Source: Octopus sinensis
Taxonomy: Eukaryota
NCBI RefSeq assembly: GCF_006345805.1
Contig: NC_042999.1
Coordinates: forward strand, 129,766,001 to 129,830,000
Reading direction: 5' to 3'
DNA: 64,000 bases
Part shown: piece after piece, positions 38,651 to 51,189 of the stretch
Numbering within the stretch: the stretch's first letter is position 1
Layout: every line of letters begins with the position of its first letter
Made by a program: the position numbers and the translations under genes
The notes under the pieces: model-generated
What the model was told of the DNA's origin: nothing
Seen by the model: only the letters and a program-made list of their open reading frames with translations
The model's database searches: none

Positions 38651-40152
38651 GTAAGTATAGTAATTTATAAATCTAGGTAATCATCAGTCAGATGTATACT
38701 TATAACATATATACATATAAACACACATACACACGTATATATAGTGAAGGTGCATGGACTTGTGGGGTTGTTGTTTCTCCATCATCCTGATAATTAAGCT
38801 TAGCCCATCATTGGCTATATGACTTCGTTGTGTGTTGATTCTTCTTTGGACGGCTGGTTCTTGCAACTCATCTCAATGACAGCTCTCACCTATCTCCAAG
38901 GGAAATGTTAGTTGAACCAATTTATGGAGCAAAGTGGGCGCCAGAAAACATACAGAGATTGTCGCTTAAAATATGCTATGTGAAACATGATTGAACTTTC
39001 GATCCAATTCCTGTGCAATATTTAGGTAATCACAACAAATGGCCCAAAACTCATGCAATGGATATTTTAGCCAATCGCAACAAATTAGTGTGGTGAGCCG
39101 ATAATTACATGATCGTTATCATGTAATTACATCATCATTATCATCTTTTAACTTCTATTGTCCATGTTATCATGGGTTGGATGGTGTGACCAGAGCTGGC
39201 AACCTGGTGTGGCTGCACCAGACCCCAGTCTGATTTGGGATGGTTTCTACAGCTAGATGCCCTTCCTAATGCCAACCACTTTACAAAGTGTACTGAATGC
39301 TTTTATGTGGCACTGCACAGGCACTTGTACATGGCTCTTTTATGAGGCATTGCACAGATACTTTTATGTGGTGCCACATGGGTGCTTTATGTGGCACTGC
39401 TATGGGTGCTTTTATGTGACTCTGCCACAAGTGCTTTACACCACCAGAAGGATCGGTTTTAACACTTCTGCTGTGGGGTGTGGATCTTCTTGAGTATGGC
39501 CAGGGGCCAGGTATCTCAGTCCTTTGTCATCTCACCTGAAAGGTTCAGCTTCCTGAGGTTGTTCTTCAGTACTTCATCCCACGTCTTCCTGAGTCTCCCA
39601 TTTCCATGTGTTCCATCCACTTTGAGAGATCAGTACCTCTTTATGGAGCTGCCGGCATCCATCCACATCACATGACCAAACCAGAGCAGTCTTCTCTCTA
39701 CACAACAACACAAGTTGTTCTTGCTACAACATAAAGTGACTTATTCTGCTTTTATAAATGACAGGAATAATATTACTGGCATGAAGAATAGAACAGCCTG
39801 ATATTTGTGAAACTGGTACATTGCTTCAGCTAACAGCATCATTTCATTAAATATCAAAGCTTAGCTCTGGTATGGTTGTATTTTATATATTGAAACATTG
39901 GCAATAAAATTGAGGGTGTCTTTCAAAATGCCAATATTTGTTACAGATGAGAATGGCTGGATATCTAAGTAAACTGATGAAAATCAGTCACCTGTAAATT
40001 TTGGACTTCGTGATGTAGTGCATAGTTTAATGTTTATTGATTTGATGACATTTTCATTTTATAGTTTTAAGATATTTTCATTTATTGTGTTATTATTTTC
40101 ATCTGTTCTTTAACCATATCTCAAGTTCAGTTATATTTAATTTTTATTTCAG

Positions 40153-40286
40153 ACAGATCATTGCTATCTAAACCAGCTAACTTGCGAAATGTTGACGCGT
40201 CATGGGCAAAGAAGCGTAATCTTTCAATTGATGTTTATGACAACCAAGTGTGTGATCACAAGAAGTTAACACAAAGACCAAAGACT
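40153..40286 (+). CDS. CCDC162: CCDC162-like exon (YRSLLSKPANL...KLTQRPKT)
   Basis: tatttcag acceptor, GTAAGA donor, phases 1->0. RPKT resembles the recalled RPQT near the CCDC162 C-terminus. Confidence 0.82.
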
Positions 40287-40708
40287 GTAAGAAAAGTTAT
40301 TTTAGCAATATTTTTTTTCATTTATTTATCTTTTATTCATTTTCAGTACTTAGTCTCTTTTTTCTTCTTCCTTTTTTAGTTTGATATTTATTCTATCGGT
40401 TTCTTTTGCTAAACTGCTAAGTTACGAGGATGTAAACAAGTCAACAGCTGTTGTCAAGTGATGGTGGGAACAACACACACACACACACACAAAGTACTTA
40501 CATACATGCATACAACAGGTTTCTATTGGCTTCTATCTATCAAATCTACTCACAAGGCTTTGATCAGCCCAGGGTTATAGTAGAAGACACCCATGATGTC
40601 ACACAGTAGGACTGAATCCAGAACCATGAGGGTGGAAAGCAAATTTCTTACCTACCACTCCTAGTATAGTAATACAGAATGTAAATAAGTGATATGTACT
40701 CCTAGCAT

Positions 40709-41048
40709 AGTGAAGGTGCATGGTTCAGTGGTTAGAGCATCGGGCTCACAATCATGATGTAGTGAGTTCAATTTCCAGATCAGGCTTTGTATTGTGCTCT
40801 TGAGCAAGACACTTTATTTCACATTGTTCCAGTTCACTCAGCTCTAAAAATGAGTTGCGACATCACTGGTGCCAAGCTGTATCAGCCTTTGCCTTTCCTT
40901 TGGATAAAATTGGTGGTTTGGAGAGGGGAGGCTGGTATGCATGGGCAACTGCTGGTCTTCCATACACAACCTTGCCTGCACTTGTGCCTCAGAGGGGAAC
41001 TTTCTAAGTGCAATCCCATAGTCATTTATGACCAAAGGGGGACTTTAC
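40709..41048 (+). mobile_element. tRNA-derived SINE family C (others at about 14015-14290 and 19248-19585)
   Basis: GTGAAGGTGCATGG.TCAGTGGTTAGAGC head with A/B boxes and a shared body. Confidence 0.85.
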
Positions 41049-41879
41049 TCCTAGAATGTATAATAAGGTTCTCATATAAATTTCTGTGTTTTATCTTTTA
41101 TTTGTTTCAGTCATTAGCTTGTGACCATGCTGGAGCACTGCCTTGAGGAATTTTTAATCAAATGAATCAACCTCAGTATTTCTTTTCTTTTTTTTTGTTT
41201 TGTTAAACCTGATACTTATTCTATTGGCCTCTTTTGCTGAACCACTAAGTTACCAGGATGTAGACACACTAATGCTAGTTGTCAAGCATGGACAAAGATA
41301 TACACACACATATACAATGGGCTTCTTTCAATTTCCATCTACAAATTTACTCATAAAGCTTTGATTGGACACTTGCACAAGGTGCCATACAGTTGAACTG
41401 AACCTGGAACCATGTGGTTGGGAAGCAAGCTTCTTACCACACAACCAAGCCTGCACCTGTATACTGATAAAAATTTAAAATAGTATTTGCTTCTTAACTG
41501 TATTATCACATGAATTGGTTTTTATACCTTTTCATAAAGCAATTGAATTTATATTGTTGTTTATCTCCAGGTAAGTCCTGACCAAGGAGACCAATCATCA
41601 AAAGGATTCCAACTATACTCATATTCTTTTGCATATAAGGGGCTACATTGTCCATTATTTCCTTTATTTAAAACAGCAATGTGTGATTTGAAGGAGACTG
41701 GCTGCTATTTCCAGCAAGTTAAAAGACTTTCTAGAGGTTTTTACTTAAGCTCATTTGAATTGTTTTGTTAGTAATTTTACAACTAGGTGCCTTTCCAGTA
41801 TGAACTTGTAGTGGCAATTATATATACGGTTTACATATTTACAATTAAGTAGATAGAAATAACTACAGTGGTATCAAAT

Positions 41880-43560
41880 TATTGGATCAGGTGATGAAAG
41901 TTACAGAGAGGGTCAGAGCTCAACTAATTAGGAAGAGAGTCTAGATGAGATGCAGTTCAGTTTTGTGTCAGGCAGAAGCACTACTGATACTATATTTCTG
42001 GTGAAGCAACTTTTGTACTTGACTTTTATTAACTTGGAGAAAGTCTTTGACAGGGTCCCCCAATCTCTTATCTGATGGTCATTGCAGAAACTGGAAATAA
42101 ATGAGTGGCTGTAAGAGCTGTACAAGCTCTGTACTGGGACGCTGTCAGTAAGGTGAAGTTTGGCAATGAGTATAGTGAAGAATTCTGAGTAGAAGTAGGG
42201 GTTCACCAAGGATCAGTCCTCAGCCCCCTCTTATTCATTGTAGTCCTCCAGGCAATAACAGAGGAATTCAAGACAGGCTGCCTCTGGGAACTCCTCTATG
42301 CTGATGACCTTGCTCTAATAGCCAAGTCACTGCCAGAATTGGAGACGAACTTTAGGGTGTGGAAGCAAGGTCTAGAATCGAAGGGCCTTAGGGTTAACCT
42401 AGCCAAAAGCAAAGTCTTAGTAAGTAGGAAGGCTGTCAAATCACAACACCCTTCAGGTAGATGGTCCTACTCGATCTGTAGAAAAGGTGTGGATAGAAAC
42501 TTCATACGATGTACTCAGTGTAAGCTATGGACACATAAGAGGTGCAGCAATATCAAAGGAAGGTTAAACGGGAAAATAGTTTTTGTGTGTGGCAGATGCA
42601 CTGGGGCAATAAACACTGAAGATGTACAGAAAACATCGCAACTAAAGGGCTTTCACTCAGGGTGAAAGATAGACTGTATGATGCATATGTGCAAACTGCT
42701 ATGCTAAACAGCAGTGAAACATGGGCCGTGAATGCTGAGGACATGCGTAGGCTTAAAAGAAATCAAGCTTTTTTGATCCACTGAGTGTAAGCACCCTGAG
42801 AGAAAAGTTGGGCATAAGAAGCATCAAATGTGGTGTGCAAGAAAGGTGACTGCGCTGGTATGGCCATGTGTTACATATGAATGAAAGCAGCTGTGTGAGG
42901 ATGTGCCACTCCCTCACTGTAGAAGGAACCTGTAGAAGAGGTAGACCCAGGAAGACATGGGATGAGGTGGTGAAGCATGACCTTCAAACATTGGGCCTCA
43001 CAGAGGCAATGACAGGAGACCAAGATCTTTGGAGATACGCTGTGATTGAGAAGACCCAGCAACTAAAGTGAGATGGCAGCCACACATGTCCAGCCCTGTT
43101 AAAAATACTCCTGGTGCATCAGGCGATATGATATGCTTGAGAAGACCTGTTGAGTCAAGTAAAACCAATATCGTAACTAGGGTCAGTGATCCCTGGCTGG
43201 CTCCTGTGCCATTGGCACATAAAAAGTACCATCCAAATGTGTTCGTTGCCAGGTCCGCCTGGCTCCAGTGCTTGTGGCATGTAAAAAGCACCAACCGATC
43301 GTGACCGACACCAGTACCCCTGTACTGGTGACATGTAAAAAGTACCATCCTAACATGATCATTGCCAAGCCCACCTTACTGGCTCTTGTGCTAGTAGCAC
43401 GTAAAAAGCACCCACTACACTCTTGGAGTTGTTGGTATTAGGAAGGGCATCCAGCTGTAGAAACTCTACCAGACCAGATTGGAGCCTGGTGCAGCCACTG
43501 GCTCTTCAGACCTCAGTCAAACCATCCAACCCATGCCAGCATGGAAAACGGATGTTAATT
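41880..43560 (+). mobile_element. RTE LINE 3' portion with repetitive 3' UTR
   Basis: VGVHQGSVLSPLLF, LWELLYADDLAL and GRPRKTWDEVV motifs, followed by GGCACGTAAAAAGCACC-type tail repeats. Confidence 0.9.
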
Positions 43561-43999
43561 GATGATGATGATGACGACGACAACGAAGATGTAGACGAAG
43601 AAGGAGAAGAAGAAGGAGAAGGAGAAGAAGAAGAAGAAGAAGAAGAAGAGTGTAAGCTGTCTAATTTAAGGATATTAATCACTGCAATTAACATAGTTTA
43701 TCCTTACATCCATTGTGCCAGCACTTCAAAATCTTAATCACTTCTAAAGAATAAAATTCACATAATTATAAACCTTAACATTATTGATCTGTCACATCTA
43801 CACATGACTTTAGTTTTATATATGAGAAGAAAATCGTATTGTGTGGCTTTAATATCCTTATCAAGGATCAATGTAATATAAAATTAATAGTTACATTCAG
43901 CAATTAGCTTGATAGGGACTTATCTTTGTTGTTATAATATTATTGTTATTTATATGTATGTTTATATATATATCATTACTGTATTGATGTTATAGCTAT

Positions 44000-44227
44000 T
44001 TAACCATTTAGCATTCAAATAATTCTGTTTAATGTAATGCTTATTTATTCACATCGTTTTGAATTAATCATGAATTACTTCGTACTTTTGAGATATTGAT
44101 GATGTGGTAGTTTACTTTTAGAATGCCATTGTAGAGTAGATGTGAGGCGCCAGATTTGGTCAGCTTGCATATAAAGCAGGTAGAATATTTTGGCCATATA
44201 TGACCAGTTTAAATGCTAATCGGTTAA
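44000..44227. mobile_element. TTAA-flanked MITE family (other copies at about 25253-25465, 50222-50437 and 50695-50911)
   Basis: TTAACC.TTTAGCATT / AATGCTAA..GGTTAA termini and a shared internal sequence. Confidence 0.7.
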
Positions 44228-44603
44228 CCATTTCATTGCAAAATTAAATTTCATGTTTATTCCAGTAATGATGTTAAACATCTACCAAAAAATAGAATTT
44301 ATATTTTTTGCAAGCCATATTGCTTCAGTAAACTTGACATATATCAACAGAAAATAGTTTCAATCTTGACATTCTTTAACAAAAGATAGATTGGTATATA
44401 AAATTGGTTTCTGCTGTTAAGAGTAATGAAATTTGTAGTAAATATATCTGCTTTCTGCATTCCAAACTGATATTTTAAATCTCAATTTTATTTTATTTTC
44501 TGTATACAATTTTTATAACATCAAAGAAAAAAGTGGTTTATTTTGATGTATGAATGTTTACCTTCTTTAGAAGTACTTTTTTCAGTTTATTTTTCTCTTT
44601 CAG

Positions 44604-44693
44604 GTATGTGGACGTTTTTCATCCAGTGCTCTAGGCCAGAGTACTCAAGAAGATATTTATGAACTCTCAGAGATTATTGATTCTGATGTTTAA
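44604..44693 (+). CDS. CCDC162: CCDC162-like probable terminal coding exon (VCGRFSSSALGQSTQEDIYELSEIIDSDV*)
   Basis: Long pyrimidine tract with CAG, phase 0, TAA at 44691-44693, AATAAA at 44812 and 44853. Exons 2012-44693 sum to a whole number of codons. Confidence 0.72.
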   Translation, partial: VCGRFSSSALGQSTQEDIYELSEIIDSDV

Positions 44694-44900
44694 CAATGCT
44701 ATTTATATTATCCTTATTTTTCATTGATAGCTGTAGCAAATATCTATCTTATTTGCATGTTTCAATGGATCTGAAATATTACTTGACTTCTTAAAATAGG
44801 ATAGAACATGAAATAAAGTTAATAATAGTTAAATGCATAGATTATCTTAGAAAATAAAAGTTAAATATCTAGGTTATCTTACAGAAAAAAACATTGTCTG

Positions 44901-45743
44901 AAATCAACATCGTATAATTTTAAACAAACATTGAATACTATTTTAAAATTACTTGAATGAGTTTTCTATCCTTTTAAATTAATTTCCATTTTGATAGGAT
45001 TTCATTTTATTAGTTTTGAAGCCTAACAATAGCTTTTATTCATTTAGATTTTATTTTTCAGTTTCTATAAGTTATCACTTTTTGCTCTTATCTCTAGTTT
45101 CTTCTTATCTATTTCCAAAGCATGTTCTTCAATAACTTTTAGCAACAATTTCCTGGTTATTTATGTCATTAATAGATTTACCTTCATCACTTGCCACCAA
45201 TTTCATTGACATCTTCCTGCCTTACTGTAAATACAATTATATTTGCTAACACTTTCATAACTGACAGTTACTAATGGTATGTCTACCATCCTTAAACTGA
45301 CTGTTGTTAGTAAAGAGTGTTAATAAGCTAAACTGCAAGCAAATTATTATCAATGATAATGAAATAAATTTTAATGAAAATTCATTAGTAACTGTCAGTT
45401 ATGAAAGTGTTAGCAAATATAATTGTATTTACAGTAAGGCAGGAAGATGTCAATGAAATTGGTGGCAAGTGATGAAGGTAAATCTATTAATGACATTAAT
45501 AACCAGGAAATAGTTGCTAAAAATTATTGAAGAAGGTGCTTTGGAAATAGCTAAGAAGTAAGAAACTAAAAATAAAAGTAAAAGGTGATAACTTATAGAA
45601 ACTGAAAAATAAAATCTAAATGAATAAAAGCTATTGTTAAGCTTCAAAACTGATAATGGAAATTATTTTAAAGGATAGAAAACTCATTCAAGTAATTTTA
45701 AAATACTATTTAATGTTTGTTTAAAATTACACACTGTTGATTT
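44901..45743. repeat. Long inverted repeat (arms 44901-45276 and 45383-45743, 106-nt spacer)
   Basis: Direct base-by-base comparison. The inner 114 bp pair perfectly and the outer arms have scattered mismatches plus indels. Confidence 0.97.
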
Positions 45744-46591
45744 AAAATAGGATAGGTCATGAAATAGAGTTAATGATACTTGAAGTAGATGCTTTTATGT
45801 TATCTAATACTGTGACTCAGTTTACAAATTTTGTCCATCCCTGGAATATATGAAATAAGTACCAGCAATATACTATGGTGGAAATCCTCAAGTGTAATGT
45901 AGAAGGGTCCTTATGATTAGTCAAAATAATCACTATAATTTGAGGAGCTGATGATGTTACTATATGTTTTGTAGCAGCAACTTCACAGCTGGCCATTCAT
46001 ATATAATTTCAACATGCAAGAAATCATATCACTTTTGGACCATTTACACTAATATTCTACTAGAAACTAGTGCAATGAAATACTCCTAAATACCTTAGAA
46101 AAACTATATCAGTTCTTTGCTCACACAAACTATACTAGTTATTGGAAACATGTATAAATATAAAATCTTTATTCTTAAATTGATGCTTCTATTTTAAATT
46201 CATAAAATTAAATAAAACATTTCCTAATGTTTAATCTAAGATTGAATGAAGAATACATTAATTGGATGGAAACTCAAAAAGACTTATTTGGCACTTCATT
46301 AGGTGTATACTCATTTTTGCTTGTGTGTCATTCAGGTCATTTGAGTTTGCCTCTTTATTTTAATAAAATTATTTCCAGTAAAACCAGAGAATTTGTTCAT
46401 CTTTCTAAAATTATAATTTTAAAGTTATGTAAACATGTCTTTTTCTTTAATTTAATGGGTTTTTTTTTTGGGGGGGGGGGTATGGTGATGACACAATATG
46501 TAATGAAACTTACCTATAGATAAAATAGTGTTTCAACAATATAAGAGGAAATACATTAAGGTGTGTTGTTATATGTGAATACTTTAAATAA

Positions 46592-47160
46592 TCACCATTT
46601 CAGCTTAACCTTCACTTCATTTCTTTGTTCATCTTGTCTTGGTTTCAAAACTCTTTTGTTACTTTTAGTGTACATTTTCCACTTAAGAAATAATTGTTGT
46701 ACATGTGAAAGAATAAGCTTCTCTGTATTCTGTCTCTGCAGTTGCTTTTCAAAAGATTCTGATACAGGTCTTTTCATCCTTGATAGTTGAATATTAGAAA
46801 TACCAATTCTGTTTTTATCTTCTTTTTGTTGTTTAGATGTTTGATTATTAGGTAAAGTTTGTTTCTTCACTGGGGTGACAGTTTTCTGTTTACGGAGGTC
46901 AAGTAACATAGATTCATCTTGTAATTTTAGCAGAAAATATTTAAAAATAGAACTCGAATCAGTTATTGGACAGCGGTGAGCATACAGTAATAACCTAAAA
47001 TAGGCAGCATTCTGAAAATGTTCATTGCTTTGTAACCCATTGTTGGTTTTCTTCAGAAATAAGTCTTCATGACGTTTTTCTAAGACCATAAGATGTGACG
47101 TCCGTGTTGTGATTGCAGTCTCTATATATGTCCCTAGACCAAGACAGTGTTCTATTAAAC
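46592..47160 (-). CDS. CNBD-like probable terminal coding exon (GLIEHCLGLGTYIETAI...VKVKLKW*)
   Basis: atttttag acceptor in phase 1, within the 241-aa ORF. It completes the second CNB domain and adds a basic low-complexity tail. A further short 3' exon cannot be excluded. Confidence 0.8.
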
Positions 47161-48334
47161 CTAAAAATAAATTATTTTCAAGATTAGTTATTACTCCAAC
47201 CCCATAAATGATTATGATTTTGGAACAACATTGTAGGTGTTCCTGATACAGAATAATATTCCTCTTAGCCTTCTCCACAGCTTTTACAAAGATTTGAGCC
47301 AGCACAGTAACTAACAAAACATTTGTTAATTATACTGTACATCAGCTACTTACTTAAGTGAACAGTATCTCATTATTACGGGGAATGAACTGCAAAGAGT
47401 TAAGTGCTTTGAGAAGAAACACAGTGCAGTACAGTACCTGAAATAAAATATCAACTGTTGAATTTAAGTAAAGCAACAAGACTAAGCCAGCTGTTTTCAC
47501 TCTATCATTCAATGTGATAATTAGAATATTTGAAATATACAATGTCATTTACATTATTAAGAATAACTTGATTGCCTTCAAAACTGATTTTTTTTTTTTT
47601 TCCGTAAGGCCAAAACTTGTGTTTATTTAAGAAATCACTTAATATGAATAATATGATAAGAAATTTTCCTAATCCAATGTGTGTTTTGATTCTGAAAAAT
47701 ATATTTTATTAAAAATAAACAGAAGAATTAACTAGGATATCAATAAGAATAAAACATTTCCATGACTTTAAAAAAATGATTATGTCTGTTTTTTAAAATA
47801 CATTTTCTATTTTGAAATTTTAGTTTAGGTTTTTTTTTAATCTTTTATGTTTTCTTTTACTTGTTTCAGTCATTTGACTGTGGCCATGCTGGGGCATCAC
47901 CCTGAACTGTTTAATCAAACTTATTGACCCTAGTACTTCTTTTTAAACCTAGCACTTATTATATTGGTCTCTTTGACTAAATCATTAAGTTACAGTGAAG
48001 TAAACAAACCAACACTGATTGTCAAGCAATGGGGGTGAGAAACTCAAAGACATGCCTTGCTCATAAAGGCCAGTTTCCTGGTTTTATTGGCATTTAGGTT
48101 CCACACCTGGATGGGGCACCAATCTGTCGCAGGTGAACTGCTAGATGCAGGAGGAAAGAGTGAGAGAAAGCTGTTGCAAAAGAGTCAGCAGAAGTTCACT
48201 ATTACTTTCTGCCAGAGCTGTGTGGAGCTTAGGTGTTTTGCTCATAAATACACACATCACCCAGTTTGAGATTTGAACCTGCAATCTCTCGACCACAAGT
48301 CCACTGCTCTAACCACTAGACCATGTGCCTCCAC

Positions 48335-48337
48335 ACA

Positions 48338-48381
<44 letters not shown>

Positions 48382-48393
48382 ATGTGTGTGTGC

Positions 48394-48467
<74 letters not shown>

Positions 48468-48492
48468 ATGTATGTATGTATATATATATATA
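48335..48492. repeat. (TA)n/(TG)n/(TATG)n microsatellite
   Basis: Directly visible. Confidence 0.95.
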
Positions 48493-49075
48493 CAAAATAA
48501 GAAAATGGAGAAATACATCTTAATCAATAATCAACTACCAGATAATACCCAATCACATAATTTATTAAACCACTACATATGAACATTAAGGTCAAACATA
48601 ATAATATAGAACAAAACAATGTACATCAATGAGTAATAAGATACAATAAGTACAGTATGTATAAGTGAATATAAATAAATACAAATATGAATATAAACTA
48701 CATCTTACAGCTGTTTTAATATAAAATGAGATAATGGACTCTCCTGTCATTAGATGACTATGAGGGTTCTGTAATTTCTTTCTGGACAACCAAACAAATG
48801 ATTTGTTTATAGTGATCAAATGCTTGTGCACACATAAGCTTACTTCCGACATCAAATTAACATTACCTGTACAGGTGCATGACATACCACATGTCAGATG
48901 GTGAAATGATCACAGAGCAATGTGTAATGAAGTGTTCTGCTCAAGAATACAACACAGCACTCAGTCAAGGAATTGAAACCACAATCTTGCAATTGTGAGT
49001 GCAACATCCTATGAGCTTCCAGACAGCTTCTGTTTACTTCTAAGCCACACAGCCATACCTGCATCTATTAATAAC

Positions 49076-50170
49076 TAGCAAATGCACCCGTCCTTCAAAT
49101 TTATTATAATAATAATATAATATTATGATGGTGCACTCCTGTGGGTGGTTTAAGTTGAATTAAGTATTAAGCAACTTAGGTAATGAATAAATTTTTTTTT
49201 AACACAAATTTGGCAGTTAGTAATAAATGAAATGAGATTGCAATTTCAGTAGACATTAGGGATTCTATATCTTGAAGCATTTTGTATTGTGTACTTATTT
49301 TTCTTGTAATGCCTGACACAACCGCATTGGAGCTTTCTTTCAATGAAAATCATGTATGATAAAGAAAAGCAAACATTTATAGCAGACACACAAATAGAAT
49401 AATGGCACGTACAAAAATAAATGTCAGAGCATGCTTATGAGTCAATAGCGTGCATGAAGTAAGAAGTGTCATTGAAGGTAATGTACTGTTAAAAGCAATT
49501 AGGGAAATGAAGCAAAATATCGAAATGCTTGCAGGAAGTCTGATTGCTAATGGCTACAGTTTAGTGTAGATGTGGAAATTGCAGCAAAGGAATAACTACT
49601 GTAGGGCTGCTTTGTAGACAACATTTTTGGTTTTTCCTTCAGGAGCATAGATGAATAATGTGTCTGGATGGCCAACTCTGGAGCAACTGACATACAACTG
49701 TCCATGTGAAAAGCACGATGTTTGAAGGTCCAATCTGACAACTTTCAGCAACTGACTTTGTGCTTAGTTAATAGTCATGGCAAGCTGAGTTTGATAGGGG
49801 ACTGAAGTCTCTGCATAGTGTAGGAGCAGTCTGTTGGGGTTAGCAGAAGTTTTGGAATGAAAAGGGTATCGTTTTTGCTGTGTCTGCAGAAAAATGTCAT
49901 GGTACATTGAGTCTTCATATTTATTCCAAAGTGAATGTGCATCTGTCAAGTTGCAGAAAACCAGCATTATTGCCAAAAAGTGTTGGAGCTTGTGCAGAGA
50001 ACGACACAGAGAGGCCTCTTTGAGTGCATCATTATATTGATCATCTATATCCAAAAGTCCCCGTTTGGAGCAGGCATCTTTGAAAGTGCTGCATAAGTGG
50101 CTGTCCACACATCTTCCATCTTGTATATTATAGATTTTAATAATACATGTTTCATAATTTAATATCATGT
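49076..50170 (-). mobile_element. Helitron remnant (Rep-Hel linker region plus CTAG 3' end)
   Basis: STFKDACSKRGLL, ALKEAS and HFLAIMLVFC...SLWNKYEDSM motifs. The minus-strand 3' end reads GGACGGGTGCATTTGCTAG|T. Confidence 0.8.
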
Positions 50171-50471
50171 TTTATAATTTAATATCATCCCTAACAACCA
50201 GAGCATATTTTTTGCTGTCTAACACTGTCTGGCATTCAGATTTTTTTGTCAGTTATAAAGCTTATTTATTTACATTGTTTTGAATTAATTATACATTATC
50301 TCATAGATTTGAGAGTTCAGTAATGTGATTGTTGCATTTTTACAGTGACATTGTAGTGTAGGTGTGAGAGATAAAATCTGGCTGGTTTAAACATAAAATA
50401 TAAAATATTTGAGCTGGTTTTAATGTAAAAGGATTAAATAAAGCGGTTTCTTTGGCTTTTTTAATACTTAC

Positions 50472-50563
50472 CAATGTGTTCATTGGTGCCTAATAGACAT
50501 AGCTGACGATAATTACTTCGGTTCTTTTCCATCACTTTTAGGTTTTCTTTCAAATATCTCTCT
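50472..50563 (-). CDS. CNBD-like exon (ERYLKENLKVMEKNRSNYRQLCLLGTNEHI)
   Basis: ctttttag acceptor, GTAAGT donor, phases 2->1. Confidence 0.88.
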
Positions 50564-50926
50564 CTAAAAAGACAAAAGAACTTAAGTCAAAAATTTTCAG
50601 CAGACAAGAATAATCAGTTTGACTATTTACACATTTCCACTTATTGGATAACAAGAAAACCTAATTTTAGAAATATTACTTTCAATTATTTCAATCCTTT
50701 AGCATTAAGATTACTTTGTTGACTGCAATGCTTATATATTCGCATTGTTTTTGACTTAATCATGCATTATCTCATAGCTTTGAGATTTCAATGATGTGAT
50801 TTTTTATTTCTTTGGAGGATTTTGTAGAGTAGGTGTAAGAGATCAGATCTGGCCAGTTTCAAATAGGATAATTGGAGCAGGATGTTTCCAAACTAAATGC
50901 TAAAGGGTTAAAAAAAACATGAAATA

Positions 50927-51180
50927 CTGTAAATCCTCGAGTATAATCCGCATTTTTTTCCCAAAATTTAAAGGTCGAAATCCCTAGTGCATATTATACA
51001 TGAGATTAAAATGAAAATTATTTTCTAAGCAATGTTCGAGTCTCTATTTGCTGTCCAGCAATGTTTATTCAGACGCAATTTGTGATGTTGGGTGCGAAAA
51101 TACCTTAAATCATCCATAACTTGCAATAAGCAACATTTATTAAACGTTATTACTGTTATTTCTTTATTTTTTGCAAACAA
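50927..51180 (+). mobile_element. Left end of a Tc1/pogo-like DNA transposon, truncated
   Basis: TA|CTGTAAATCCTCGAGTATAATCCGCA...TGCATATTATAC terminal pattern. No matching right end was found. Confidence 0.5.
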
Positions 51181-51189
51181 AATGCACAA

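Noticed and set aside
38925-38995. Peptide WAPENIQRLSLKICY faintly resembling the Piwi C-terminal QRLTYKLCH motif
   Set aside because: Short, closed by stops, and without flanking similarity or splice sites; probably chance.
43506-43737. Acidic poly-D/E ORF
   Set aside because: It is the (GAT)n/(GAA)n tail of the RTE element, not a gene.
46227-46523. + strand 98-aa ORF / possible extra CNBD 3' exon on the - strand
   Set aside because: Low-complexity translation. Splicing from the GTGATT donor would create an immediate TGA, so the protein end is essentially unchanged.
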